NCBI GenBank assembly: GCA_951406725.2
Contig: OX597814.1
Coordinates: 208,754,001-208,818,000, forward strand
Direction of reading: 5' to 3'
Length of the DNA: 64,000 nt
DNA from: Octopus vulgaris
Taxonomy: Eukaryota
Made by a program: the position numbers and the translations under genes. Under the pieces are notes generated by a model. The model was not told the origin of the DNA, did not search any database, and saw only the letters and a program-made list of their open reading frames with translations. Below are positions 40,380 through 52,864 of the stretch, in pieces. How positions within the stretch are numbered: the stretch's first letter is position 1; each line of letters begins with the position of its first letter.

Positions 40380-40873
40380 ACACTGGTACAATGTGTCATA
40401 TAAAACATCTTTTACTCTTAGCATTTTTGAGAAAAACTTATATTTACGAAGTTATTTCACGTTAAAGTTCTCGTATTTCGGTAATTTTCACCAATCAATG
40501 ACGTGTATTCAGCTGAATAAAATTACTGCCGTTGTTTGTCAACAACAACTATCGGTAGTGTATTTTTTGTTTGTCACTGTTATTTATGACATCGTTCGTG
40601 CGTTTGTACTGGTTTTAGGGTTAGGGTTAAGGTTTTATGGTTAGGATTTTAGGGTTAGAATTGTCATAAATAACAGTGACAAACGAAATATACACCGCCG
40701 GAAGTTCTTGTTGACAAACAACGACAGTAACTTTATTCGGCTGAATACCTGTCATTGATTGGTTGAAATTACCGAAATAGGACAACTTTAACGTGAAATA
40801 ACTTAGTAAATATAAGTTTTTCTCAAAAATGCTAAGAGTAAAAAATGTTTTATATGACACATTCTACAAGTGT
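40380..40873. mobile_element. Foldback/MITE-like element with ~210-bp inverted arms and a TTAGGG-like loop
   Basis: 40380-40591 is an imperfect reverse complement of 40662-40873. Opposite-strand ORFs 40393 (+) and 40860 (-) are near-identical. Confidence 0.9.
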
Positions 40874-43540
40874 AGAGAGAATGTAGTGGATCTTTTATGT
40901 TTGGCTGCCACTTTTCAATTTTTCAATTGTTGTTCCAATTGATTTCCTTTTTAGCGTGTTGGTGTAGTTTTGTTAGGTAATCATTGACATGAAATTCATT
41001 TTCACCATAAATCAATAACTAAAGAGTTAAAAGGTTTTAAAGTTTGCAAATTTTGGGGTAATTTTAGCCAGTCGAAAGCCACAGATATATAGGTGCATGT
41101 TTTTATAGTAACAAGCCAAGCCACGTGTTCTATTTATCACTTATTAAATGCTTAAAACATATGCGGTATGAGATGTGCTAAAAATAGCAGCTAACTAGGC
41201 CTTAAATCACGCACGAAAATTTGGGGAAGGGGTGTATAATTGTATGAATTCCTGCATGTAGGAAACAAATACGCAAAATTTTTCTGAAAATTCCAAAAAC
41301 CAAAAAAAAAAAAAAAAAAAGCGAATTATTTCGCGAGATTCAGCGTGGAAAATTACATCAATACACCAAATTTAAAAATTTTCCCAAAACCTAAATGTTT
41401 CTACAGATGCAACCAAACAGAAAAGATCTTGTAGAAACCTACTTCGCAAGTCTAGTATATGGGCATGCAAATTTGCTGTATGATAGCTTATGTCACATCT
41501 AAATGCTTTTGTTTTTCACAAATATTGGTTTCAATTTTTGGCACAAGACCAGTAATTTCGGAAGAGGGGTAAATCGGTTACATCGACTCCAGTACTCAAC
41601 TGGTACTTATTTTATCGACACTGTTTACACAAATATTAATTTTCATTAGGAATTATTCTAGTCTATTACTTGCATAAACTTTTTAACAAGTTCACTTTTC
41701 ATTCAGCTAAAGTGGCACTTATTCTCCCGCCTCTTCGTTATACGGTTTACATATAATACATATAAGAATGGGTTTGCTATTGGTGTTGATGCTTAAGGTG
41801 TTTTATGCTCCTAACATTTTTTTCATCTATTTTGCAGCAGAAATCTATTTCGCAATGATTCTGTTAAGAGTTTCCTGCAAATATATGTTACTATGTTCTC
41901 AGCAATTTTCAAAAGAATTATTGTGATTCAATTATTTTTAACTGAATCTGTTTAATTGCTTCACTATCTGAGCTGGGTTACATTTGGCTGAAACACATTT
42001 GCTGTCTTACAGAGACATGATTTGTTTTTTTTATTATTAACCTAGCTAGAACAATAACAACTTGCAGTGAAATATCATCTAATTAGTGATGACAATACAG
42101 TTCTTGATATACTATTCGTCTGACCATGATTTAGGCTCTGAGTAGCTTAGCAGCACCACTTGGTTAAATTTTATCCTAAAATTGCTTCGGGTATATCAAT
42201 GTGTGTTGTTGCTTAGCATGATATAGGAAAGATCATAAACTCATTGATACCACTACTAGATCTGTGGTACATAGTATTTATACAAAGGCGGCTTCTGTCA
42301 ACTAGGTTTTCTTCATTTTTACTTCTGATCGTCACTATGCCATACTCTTCGAAAATACAAGGACATCGATTTTTACATTTTGTGACTCACCATATTACTA
42401 CAAATGGGATTCCAGTTCCTACAAGCCCTCGTCGCTTTGCTTTCGACAGTATGAAAATCGCTGTAGTAAAATCCAGCCGTATCCTACAGCTTGGTAGAAT
42501 TCGACCGTCTAACAGCAACTATTCTCTCTTACATATTGTGCCTACAAAAAGCTATGAATGATTAGTGGCTTCGCAGTAATTGTAGTGTTTAACTCTAGAA
42601 CAGTACCGGACAACACTTTTTTGCTCCTAGAATCTTTTGAGTTCTTTTCCAGAGAGAGAGAGAAGTGGGGTGAGGTAACTGCTACGAATTATTTGACCAT
42701 ATTATTATCGTAAATATGTACTGTGTTGTTAATCAGAAAGTTAGTTTAATTAGAAATGTAGTAGTTTGTACGAATGTTATTAACTATAAGCTGATGCGTG
42801 GTTGTTCAATAAAAAACTTGGTTGGTTTATTCGAAAATTCTGAGTCATCATTTGTTGTAGTGTGCGAATGTCGGAGCCACCAATCCTATATTGATTCGTA
42901 GCTCGAGGTCATCAATTCTAAGAAATTAGAAACATGTTCGTAAGAATAACAGCAAGAATGGATTACATACTATTTCCTTTACACCGTCAAAAAGTAGACC
43001 TTTTCCGATCTTGTTGGTAGAAAAATAATGATTACGCAACACTTGTGAATACAGATCTGAAATAGAACAGAATTGAAGCATAATAAATTAAACATATTTT
43101 AACTTAAAACATCGATCAAGGACGTACATAAGCATTTTCGTATTTTACAGGTCAATTCAATGTGTTGAAGAAACATTTCTTAGTTTTACAAATTGAGCTG
43201 TTTAATGTGTTCTAGAAATATGCCTGCATGTTTTATGAAGGCAATGGAATAATGTAATATAAAAAGTGCTATAGAAAACTTATATATTGAAAATTCACGT
43301 GTTTGTAAGGTCAAAATGTTTACGACACAGCTGTAAATATTGAAAAATCTGTAACGTACATATTTTAAATTCGTAGAAGTTATTCTTTTAAGGCAAAGAC
43401 CAAGGTTAACAACAAGTTAAATGAGAGGGGAATAATGGGGGCGTGAAATGAGACAGTTTACTTATGGTTGTCGGAAACTCTTAAAAGAAAATTAGAGGCA
43501 GAACTGTTTTCCGTTTCAAAAGCAAATAATAATAATAATA

Positions 43541-44540
43541 AAACAATAAATCATACCTCCTAACAAATATGAAGAAGAAGAAGAAGAAGAAGAAGAAGAA
43601 GAAGAAACAACAAAAGCTATAAAACAAATGAAAATCCAAACTGAAACTAGAACAGCAACGGACCATGATAAAACGATGGCAAGCCAAGCCCCTTCATGGC
43701 AAATACTGGACTAAACTAAATGCAAAAGATATAGACAAAGAAAAATCACAGCAATGGTTGAGAAGCACAGGACTCAAAACAGAGACAGAGGGGTTTTTAA
43801 TTGCAGCACAAGACCAAAGCCTCCCCACCAGAAATTACAAAAAACATATAATGAAAAGAAATATAACAAGTAACTGCAGAATATGTGGAGATGGACAAGA
43901 AACAATAAATCATATTATCTCTGGCTGCCCAGTCCTGGCTAAGAAGGAATATATTCACAGACACGACAGAGTTGGGACCTACATACATTGGAAGCTATGC
44001 CAACATTATGGAATAACAACAGAAAAAAGATGGTATAGGCACACACCAGAAAAGGTCACAGAAAACGAGAAAGCAACCATACTCTGGGATATGCCGATAC
44101 ACGCAGATAGAGAAATTAAGGCCAACAGACCAGATATAGTTGTCAGAGATCATGAAGAAAAAAATGCTTTCTAATTGGTGTATCAATACCAGCAGATGAC
44201 AACGTGTCTCTAAAAGAAGTGGAGAAACTTTCAAAATACAAAGACCTAGAAATAGAGGTAACTCGAATGTGGAATCTAAAAACAGAAACAATTCCTATCA
44301 TAGTAGGTGCAGTAGACATAATAAAAAAATATTCAGGCAAATACATAACAAAAACACCAGGACTTACAAACACATATAACATACCGAAAATTGCACGACT
44401 GGGCACTGCCCACATCCTACGCAGAACACTTTCAATACAGTAACCATCAGAGCATCACAACAAAACACAGCACATACCCAAGGCACACAGAGCTGCGCTC
44501 GATAGTGAAGTGAAAGTACGCTATAAAAATAAAACTACTG
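43541..44540 (+). mobile_element. 5'-truncated R4/Dong-clade non-LTR retrotransposon inserted in (TAA)n
   Basis: ORFs 43665-44174 and 44204-44443 contain TEGFLIAAQDQ, the CCHC knuckle CRICGDGQETINHIISGC, RHD, RPDIVV and EKLSKYKDL. One frameshift in the A-run near 44160. TAA repeats lie on both sides. Confidence 0.93.
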
Positions 44541-44560
44541 AATAATAATAATAATAATAA

Positions 44561-45147
44561 ATGCCCTGATGCAGTACCAAACAGTGGCTATCCCTTGATG
44601 TAGTACCAGGCAGTGGCTCTCATGCCTTCTAATCTTAACTGATTGGAAATGTTATCATGTACATTGTTCTGTGTTGGTATAAAAGATGGGCTACAGCAAA
44701 TATTCTGCTCAATACCACAGATTTGCTTGTCATTTGTTTGACCTTAACCAGTTGAGCATGTCCCTTAGTGGCTGACGATATGTGCATCTCTGATAACAAG
44801 CAAAAGTAGTGGGGGAGCATCATAGCCATGTGTTGAGAGGGATTCTTTGGGGTTTGAATAATTCACCTTTGGAAACATGGGTGTTTCGTTCAACATCCTT
44901 AAACAACCCCTATTCAAGGACCTTTTGAGTGGGATGGGCTACTCGACCAGAAGAAACTTCTAACTGAGCCCCACCTACAAGGTCATGCGCTGTTTATCTT
45001 GATATGAGATCACCATGTCACGCACATTTAGTTGTGATGCATGTGCCTGGTGTGCCCTTATCAGATGGGTAGTCATGATAGGTATACTGGGCTTTGAATA
45101 TATTTTACCCCAGTGTCACTTTGATGGCATGCACTGCTCTCTCACTC
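44561..45147 (+). mobile_element. Non-coding TAA-flanked element, copy 1
   Basis: Collinear with 45168-45721, bounded by (TAA)n, with a ~30-bp duplication at its 5' end. Confidence 0.8.
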
Positions 45148-45167
45148 AATAATAATAATAATAATAA

Positions 45168-45721
45168 ATGCCCTGATGCTGAACCAGGCAGTGGCTCTCA
45201 TAGCTTCTGATCTTAACTGATTGGAAGTGTTATCATGTACATTGTTTTGTCTTGGTATAAGAGATGGGCTACAGCAAATATTCTGCTCAATACCACTGAT
45301 TTGCTTGTCACTTGTTTGACCTTAACCAGTTGACCATGCCCTTTAGTGGCTGACGATATGTGCATCTCTGACCACGATCGGAAGTAGTGGCGGAGCATCA
45401 TAGCCGTGTGTTGAGAGGAATTCTTGGAGATTTGAATAATTCACCTTTGGAAACATGGGTGGTTCATTCAACATCCTTAAACAATCCTTATTTAGGGACC
45501 TTATTCAGGATGGGTTACTCGACCAGAAGAAAATACTAACTGGGCCCCACCTACAAGGTCATGCGCTGTTTATCTTGATATGAGATCACCATGTCGCGCA
45601 CATATGGTTGTGTTGCATGTGCCTGCTGTACCCTTATCAGATGGGTAGTCTTGATGGGTATACTGGACTCCGTATATTTTATCCCAGTGTCACTTTGATG
45701 GCATACACTGCTCTCTCACTC
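45168..45721 (+). mobile_element. Non-coding ~555-bp TAA-flanked element, copy 2
   Basis: Same termini (atgccctgatgc ... ctctctcactc) as copy 1, with scattered substitutions. Confidence 0.8.
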
Positions 45722-46389
45722 AATAATAATAATAATGATAAATAAATAATTAAATGAAAATGGCTCACAGGCTTTTTGACCCTAATAAACTAAACTATCG
45801 TCCGCATAAAGTTGCTTCAAGTGAGTGAAAAAGTTGATCTACATATTAGCTGTAGCACTCATTATGAAAAGAGCTGGCCAATGAAAATGAATCTAGGATG
45901 AAATTAATTCAGCATGGGAAAATAAAATTAGAACAAAATGTGCAGAGAGCATGACGACTTTGTATAAAAAGCTTAGCAAGATATCTGAATTTAGAGATAG
46001 CTGATGGGAAAATTCAATAATATTAGGTGGCATATCTTTGATGGGAGTCGGATTCACTCTACAGTTAAGATTATAGGCATTCCGTGATACAAATGCATTT
46101 TACTTTCTTGATTATTATCTGGTCCAATTTTTTATGCAACTTCTTATAATCAATTTATTAATTGTTGGATTACTGGTTGTGCTTTACAGACATACATAGG
46201 ACGTGCGGAACATACCTAGAAGGATCACAGCCTTCGCTGATTTAGCTATGTCTAATGGAAAATGTGTTTGAAGGAATACGTATTTATTGTTTTATCAAAG
46301 TATAATTTGTTACAGAATTCCATTCTGTGCATGGAGAGCAAATGGTTGTGATGATGAGTAGTTAGATTAGTAGAAAATCAAAAATTTTT

Positions 46390-46800
46390 TTTCTTTATTG
46401 CCCACAAGGGGCTAAACATAGAGGGGACAAACAAGGACAGACAAAGGGATTAAGTCGATTACATCGACCCCAGTACAAAACTGGTACTTTATTTATCGAC
46501 CCCGAAAGGATGAAAGGCAAAGTCGACCTTGGCGGAATTTGAACTCAGAACGTAATGACAGACGAAATACCTATTTCTTTATTACTCACAAGGGGCTAAA
46601 CACAGAGGGGACAAACAAGGACAGACAAAGGGATTAAGTCGATTACATTGACCCCAGTGCGAAACTGGTACTTTATTTATCGACCCCGAAAGTATGAAAG
46701 GCAAAGTCGACCTCAGCGGAATTTGAACTCAGAACGTAACGACAGCCGAAATACTGCTAAGCATTTCGCCCGGCGCGCTAACGTGTCTGCCAGCTCACCG
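46390..46800 (-). mobile_element. Family-D SINE, one head plus two bodies
   Basis: Same structure and internal junction as 19774-20180. Confidence 0.9.
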
Positions 46801-47103
46801 CATTACAACACTGGCTTTGTTACTAGGGGAAATGCATTCTTCATTCTCTGAAATATTCATAGGATTGCATAGGATTGCAATAGCAATCCAATGAATATTT
46901 CAGAAGTATAAGGCAGTGAACTGGCAGAATCGTTAGCATGACTTTGCTTTTCATCCTCTTGGGATCGATAAAATAAGTATCAGTTGAACCTTAGTGGTTG
47001 ATGTAATCGACTTAATCCCTCGCTCGAAAATTGCTGGCCTTGTGTCAAAATTTGAAACCAATATTTCAGGAGTATATTTCTGGTTCTGATTCTTTAAAAT
47101 GTA

Positions 47104-47513
47104 TACTCTTTTACTCTTTTACTTGTTTCAGTCATTTGACTGTGGCCATGCTGGAGCACCGCCTTTAGTCGAGCAAATCGACCCCGGGACTTATTTTTTG
47201 TAAGCCCAGTACTTATTCTATCAGTCTCTTTTGCCGAACCGCTAAGTGACGGGGACGTAAACACACCAGCATCGGTTGTCAAGCAATGCTAGGGGGACAA
47301 ACACAGACACGCAAACACACACATACATATATATATGTATACATATATACGACAGGCTTCTTTCAGTTTCCGTCTACCAAATCCACTCACAAGGCATTGG
47401 TCGGCCCGGGACTATAGCAGAAGACACTTGCCCAAGATGCCACGCAGTGGGACTGAACCCGGAACCATGTGGTTGGTTAGCAAGCTACTTACCACACAGC
47501 CACTCCTGCGCCT
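47104..47513 (-). mobile_element. Family-A SINE, full length
   Basis: Head, body and (AGTAAAAG)n tail. Confidence 0.92.
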
Positions 47514-47840
47514 ATGACAAACAAATTTGGAAATATGCTTTTGTCACCATAGATGATAATCAAGAAATATGGCATACATAACGGTGCTTATACAAAGTGA
47601 TGAAATTCACACTCATTTTGAAAAGAAAAATATTCGTTACATTAAAATAAAATAAAATAAAACGAAACCAAATTTCTCATTTGCATATTTACAAGAGATA
47701 TATATTGCTTTTCTAAATTTTATCAACAGAGGCGTGGTTCTGTGGTTAGAAGTTTGCTTCCAACCACATGGCTCCAGGTTCAGTCACACTGTGTTGCCCC
47801 TTAGGCAAGAAGCTCATCGCGTACACGCGCATGTATGGGA

Positions 47841-48282
47841 CTAATCAGGACTGCTACTTTACGCTGACAAATAAACTTTACTTTGTAGTAATGTTACCAC
47901 TTATTTCTCGCTCAGAGATTTTAAAACTAATCGTTTTTCTGCTTACGAGATCAGTGACTGTGTGTCACTTTAAAACTATGTACCTCGAACAAGGCCTAGT
48001 GCTAGCCAACGGTTATCCAGTGCCAATGAAGAGAAATAACCCAGAAACCATTGGTCCGCAGGTACATTTAAGGCTGAATGGGGACATTAGCTCCCTTGTT
48101 CGAGGTATAAGGATGCAGTTGTGCGTCGATAGCCAGCTGGAAAAGTTGTTTCCTTGGGGCTAACAAAAAGTAGTAACACCGTCCTAATCAGGACTGCCAC
48201 TTTATGCTGGCAAATAGACTTTACTCTGTGGTACTGTTACTACTTATTTCTCGCTCAGAGATTTAAAAGTAATTGTTTTTCT

Positions 48283-48287
<5 letters not shown>
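47841..48287 (+). repeat. 343-bp-period unit with ~100-bp terminal redundancy
   Basis: 47841-47945 is repeated, with substitutions, at 48184-48287. Confidence 0.85.
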
Positions 48288-48328
<41 letters not shown>

Positions 48329-48332
<4 letters not shown>

Positions 48333-48681
48333 TAAGCAATAAAGGGTTTAGCAACGAATTGCCTTACCACAGACCGAATTTAGAAATAGCAGTCAAAGAG
48401 TTATAGCTATTTCTTCTACTAAAAAGGAGATCTCAGTAAAAAACACAGTAATTGGAAGGCAGACACAAACAGGTAAGTTTTTTAGTAGAAGAAATAGCTA
48501 TAACTCTTTGACTGCTATTTCTAAATTCGGTCTGTGGTAAGGCAATTCGTTGCTAAACCCTTTATTGCTTAGTATTACTTAAATTTTCCTCGAATGAGGC
48601 TTTTACATGCCGAAGACTACTTGGTGTAATTGATAATTATTCCAAATTAATTAATTTCACCCTTCATTATTACGGATAACC
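48329..48681. mobile_element. Penelope-like element fragments in inverted arrangement within (TA)n
   Basis: ~96-bp inverted arms (48329-48425 and 48478-48574). Related single arms lie at about 26700-26833, 27830-27953 and their duplicates, always next to (TA)n. The PLE assignment is inferred from architecture. Confidence 0.55.
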
Positions 48682-48919
48682 ATATATATATATATATATA
48701 TCATCATCATCATCATCATCATCGTTTAGTGTCCGTGATGATGATGATGATGATATATATATATATATATATATGTATGTATAGGCACACGCGTGGCAGT
48801 GTGGTAAGAAGCTCGCTTCTGGTTGTTAGTGTTCTTCATTCACCTGTGGAAGTCGTCACGCTGGTGTGCAGAGGACGAAAATTGAAATTGAAAGACGCTC
48901 TACTGTCACAAAATCAAAC

Positions 48920-49207
48920 AGGCCTTGTGAGTGGATTTGGTAGGTGGAAACTGAAAGAAGCCCGTCGTATATATGCATATATATATATATATGCGTTTGT
49001 GTGTCTGTGTTTGTCCCCCTAGCATTCCTTGACAACCGATGCTGGTGTGTTTATGTCCCCGTTACTTAGCGGTTCGGCAAAAGAGACCGATAGAATAAGT
49101 ACTGGGCTTACAAAAGAATAAGTCCCGGGGTCGAGTTGCTCGATTAAAGGCGGTGCTCCAGCATGGCCACAGTCAAATGACTGAAACAAGTAAAAGAGTA
49201 AAAGAGT
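48920..49207 (+). mobile_element. Family-A SINE body and tail
   Basis: Family-A consensus. A displaced head remnant is at about 48783-48820. Confidence 0.85.
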
Positions 49208-49768
49208 ACATATATTGGCCTAAACGCTTTAAAACAAAAGGAACCTCAACCATGTGACTCGGCTATTAGAACCCCTACTGAAGCAAATTAAATACTAAAT
49301 TGAAAGATCTAATGTTATTCTTAAAATTAGAATAATTAAGATGACTTGACTAGCTCAATATCTTTCGAGTATTTCAAGAAACATTGCCGTTGAGGGACCT
49401 GGACGTTATCATTAAGGCAGTAGTTATAAAGTAACTAATTCATTATGTTTATTTCTCCTCAGAATTGATTCTCGGTATTAGTTTAGCAAAATATTGAATT
49501 ATTTATGTGTAGTATCCTCTCATGCTTTCATGTACATATCTCAATATTACCATATCTCTTGATATTATCGTCATCTTCGGAAAGGCGGCGAGCTGGAAGA
49601 ATCGTTAATCCGCTGGACAAAACGTTTTACGGGATTTCTTCCGACTTCACCTTCTGAGTTCAAATTCCGCCAAAGTTGACTTTATCCTTTTGGGGTCGAT
49701 GAATGATGTACCGGTTGACGTAATCAACTAGCCCCTCCCCTAAGAATTCCAGGCCTTGTGCCTAAAGT

Positions 49769-50172
49769 CATCATCATCATCATCATCGTTTAACATCCGT
49801 TTTCCGCGCTAGCACGGGTTGGACGGTTCGACCGGGGTCTAGGAAGCCAGGGGCTGCACCAGGCTCCAGTCTGATCTGGCAGAGTTTCTACAGCTGGATG
49901 CCCTTCCTAACACCAACCAACCCACGAGTGTAGTGGGTGCTTTTTACGTGCCACCTGCACAGGTGCCAGGGGGGTCCGGCATCGGCCACGATCGGTTGGA
50001 GCTTTTAAGGTGCCACCAGCACGGAAGCCAGCCAAGGTGGCGCTGGCAATGGCCACATTTGGATGGTGCTTTTTATGTGCCACCGGCACAGAAGCCAGTC
50101 GAGGTGGAGCTGGCAACGGCCACGTTCGGATGGTGCTTTTTATGTGCCACCGGCACAGGTATCACAACTACT
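49769..50172 (-). mobile_element. Family-B SINE-like element
   Basis: (CAT)n, core and about four internal units. Confidence 0.9.
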
Positions 50173-50189
50173 AAGTAGAGAGGATTATT

Positions 50190-50722
50190 ATCATCTTTGG
50201 CTTCATTTTGTATTTTCTTAGCGCCTCTTATTCTTTCAGTTTCCCCGTGCATCTTTTTTGTTCTCGAATTTAATCTTTTGATCTTGCTTCCAATCTTGTC
50301 TTAAGCCATTTCCTCTTTTTCTTTGTTCTTCAAGCTTCAATTTGCAGTCTTGTAGCAGCTTCTTGTCACGGATCAATTCTTTGATTAATTTTTCTCTTGA
50401 CTTTCATTACGAACTCTAACTGGCATTCATCATCTATCCTTCTGTCATTTCTTCTATTGATCTTCACAGACATTTCGCACTCTAGTTGCTGCTGCTCTGA
50501 TCGCTTATACTTTGATTCTCTCTCTCTCTCTCACTCTTCATTAACAACTGTCTCTAGTCTCTCTCTTATTGTCTTTTCATCGAAGCTTCTTCAAATGTCT
50601 CTTGGGATCATCTAAAACAATGGCTTCGAGCAACTCAAGCTCTTCTTGCTACTGTTGTGTCTCATGTAATCGGCTTTTACTGCACATCGGTTATCAGCTT
50701 CTTCACTCCTTCATTCTATAGC
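50190..50722 (-). pseudogene. Possible decayed coiled-coil coding exon
   Basis: Strong purine bias after a ttttttcag acceptor-like site. E/K/R/Q-rich pieces (QEELELLEAIV; REKLIKELIRDKKLLQDCKLKLEEQRKR) are broken by many stops. Confidence 0.3.
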
Positions 50723-50752
50723 TGAAAAAATGTTAATCTATTTTACATATAT

Positions 50753-51173
50753 AGAGGTGCAGGAGTGGCTGTGTGGTAAGTAGCTTGCTAACCAACCACA
50801 TGGTTCCGGGTTCAGTTCCACTGCGTGGCACCTTCAGCAAGTGTTTTCTACTATAGCCTCGGGCCGACCAAAGCCTTGTGAGTGGATTTGGTAGACGGAC
50901 ACTGAAAGAAGCCTGTCGTATATATGTATATATATATATATGTGTGCGTGTATGTTTGTGTGTTTGTGTCTGTCCCCCTAGCATTGCTTGACAACCGATG
51001 CTGGTGTGTTTATGTCCCCGTCACTTAGCCGTTCGGCAAAAAGAGACCGATAGAATAAGTACTGGGCTTACAAAGAATAAGTCCCGGGGTCGATTTGCTC
51101 GACTAAAAGGCGGTGCTCCAGCATGGCCGCAGTCAAATGACTGAAACAAGTAAAAGAGTAAAAGAGTAAGAGT
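50753..51173 (+). mobile_element. Family-A SINE, full length
   Basis: Family-A consensus. Confidence 0.92.
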
Positions 51174-51429
51174 ATATGCCTTATAGGTATTAACTTTTTC
51201 CTTTTCTTTTTATCTTTTTTTAAACATTCTGCAATGTTGTTCATCTTTTAATCCTCTCTTTTGCTTCCAGCGATGTGTCGTTCAAAAAGACGATAATATT
51301 ATTTTCTTTCTAATATTAAAGTTGCATCATATTTCCCATTCTCTTTTTTTTTTTCTTTTTGTTCAACATTTTGTGTTTGATCTTCGGTGTTGTATGTGAA
51401 CGCCCATGTTATTATGGACATTACATGTA

Positions 51430-51850
51430 AACGGTTGTTGTAGTAAGAAGTTTGCTTTCCGACCACGTGGTCTTGGGTTCAGTCCCAGCTGCATGGCACC
51501 GCGGACAAGTGTTTTTCTATCATAGCCCTTGGCCGACCAATGCCTTATGAGAGGATTTGGTGGCTGTAAACTGAAAAAAGCCCATGTATGTATGTATGTA
51601 TGTATGTATGTATGTATGTATTATGTGTGTGTGTGCGTATATCTATTGTGTGTTTGTCCCCTATCAGCCCTTGACAACTGGTGCTGTTTTGTACGTCTCT
51701 GTAACTTAGCAGTTCAGCAAAAGAGTTAGATAAAAAATAAGTTCCCAAACTTTAAAACATGAACACTAGAGTTGATCCGTTTGACTAGGACCTTTCAGAC
51801 GGTGCCCCAGCAAGGTCACTGTCCAATGACTGAAACAAGTAAAACATAAA
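51430..51850 (+). mobile_element. Older diverged family-A SINE
   Basis: Same architecture with many substitutions. Confidence 0.75.
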
Positions 51851-52864
51851 AAAATAACTAATAACCTACAAATATGTACTAAAAACAACATAAATCCATA
51901 CCAAATCTAGCAAGATTCAAAGTCGAATCGACAAATTGCCATGTTAAAATCACGGTTTAGTAACAGGTTTTTCAGGTGATCGGCCAAATTATGGACCAAG
52001 CAACAGCCATACATCACGTGATGCATCTTTCTAGAAGCCTCCGAAGTATGCTTATAAGGCCTATAAATTCTTTTATTCTTTTACTTGTTTCAGTTTCGTT
52101 TGACTACAGTTATGCTGGAGCACCAAGAATGTTTTGATCACCAAACTTCAGTTTGTGGTCACCCGCAGCTAAGCTACCCATATATTCATTTTGCTGCTTT
52201 TAACAGTCGCTATCATGACTCTCACTCATCCTAGACATGCAGCTTCAGTTTGCTGAGACATGAGCCTAATGTGTATATTTTCTCTGCTTCGACAGCTTAA
52301 TTACAGAGCCTTTTTAATCAACTATTTGTTAAAGCTACATATTTGTCCTTCAAGCATTAAATCATTGTTGTCGCAGTTTTTAATTTATGAAACCTGAAAT
52401 TATTTGTGCGGTAAAATAACATTCTGTTAATTGTTCACGCACCCTGAACCAAACACAACTACCATCATCTCGTATCTTTCATAGTTTGTCTTACGTGCAA
52501 CCATCCACTACACTCCGTGACACAAGAATACATTAAAAAAATCATAATGTTTATAAAAATTCTATTCATCATAATTATAAAATCCTAATCTTAAAGGGTA
52601 ACGTCCATTTTTTATGAACATTAACCTGAAGATAAAGATAATTTTTCATACTATGTCCCAAACATAAACGAAATTAATTTAAGTCCTTGTTAGACTGGTT
52701 TTGAAGTGTGAACATTTAGGTATATTTAGGTAAATTGTAACGCATGTAACTTATGATAAATTATGATGGTGGCTTTACTGCATCTAGTTATCCACAGATT
52801 CTCATTTAGCCATTACACATACATCCGTACGTACGTACGTATGTATGTACATATGTACATACAT

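Noticed and set aside
40610-40660. Interstitial telomere or chromosome-fusion scar
   Set aside because: Only a few degenerate TTAGGG units, confined to the loop of a foldback element.
47276-47581. Recurrent MSSNARGTNT...CPRCHAVGLNPEPCG ORFs as a gene family
   Set aside because: Antisense translations of family-A SINE copies.
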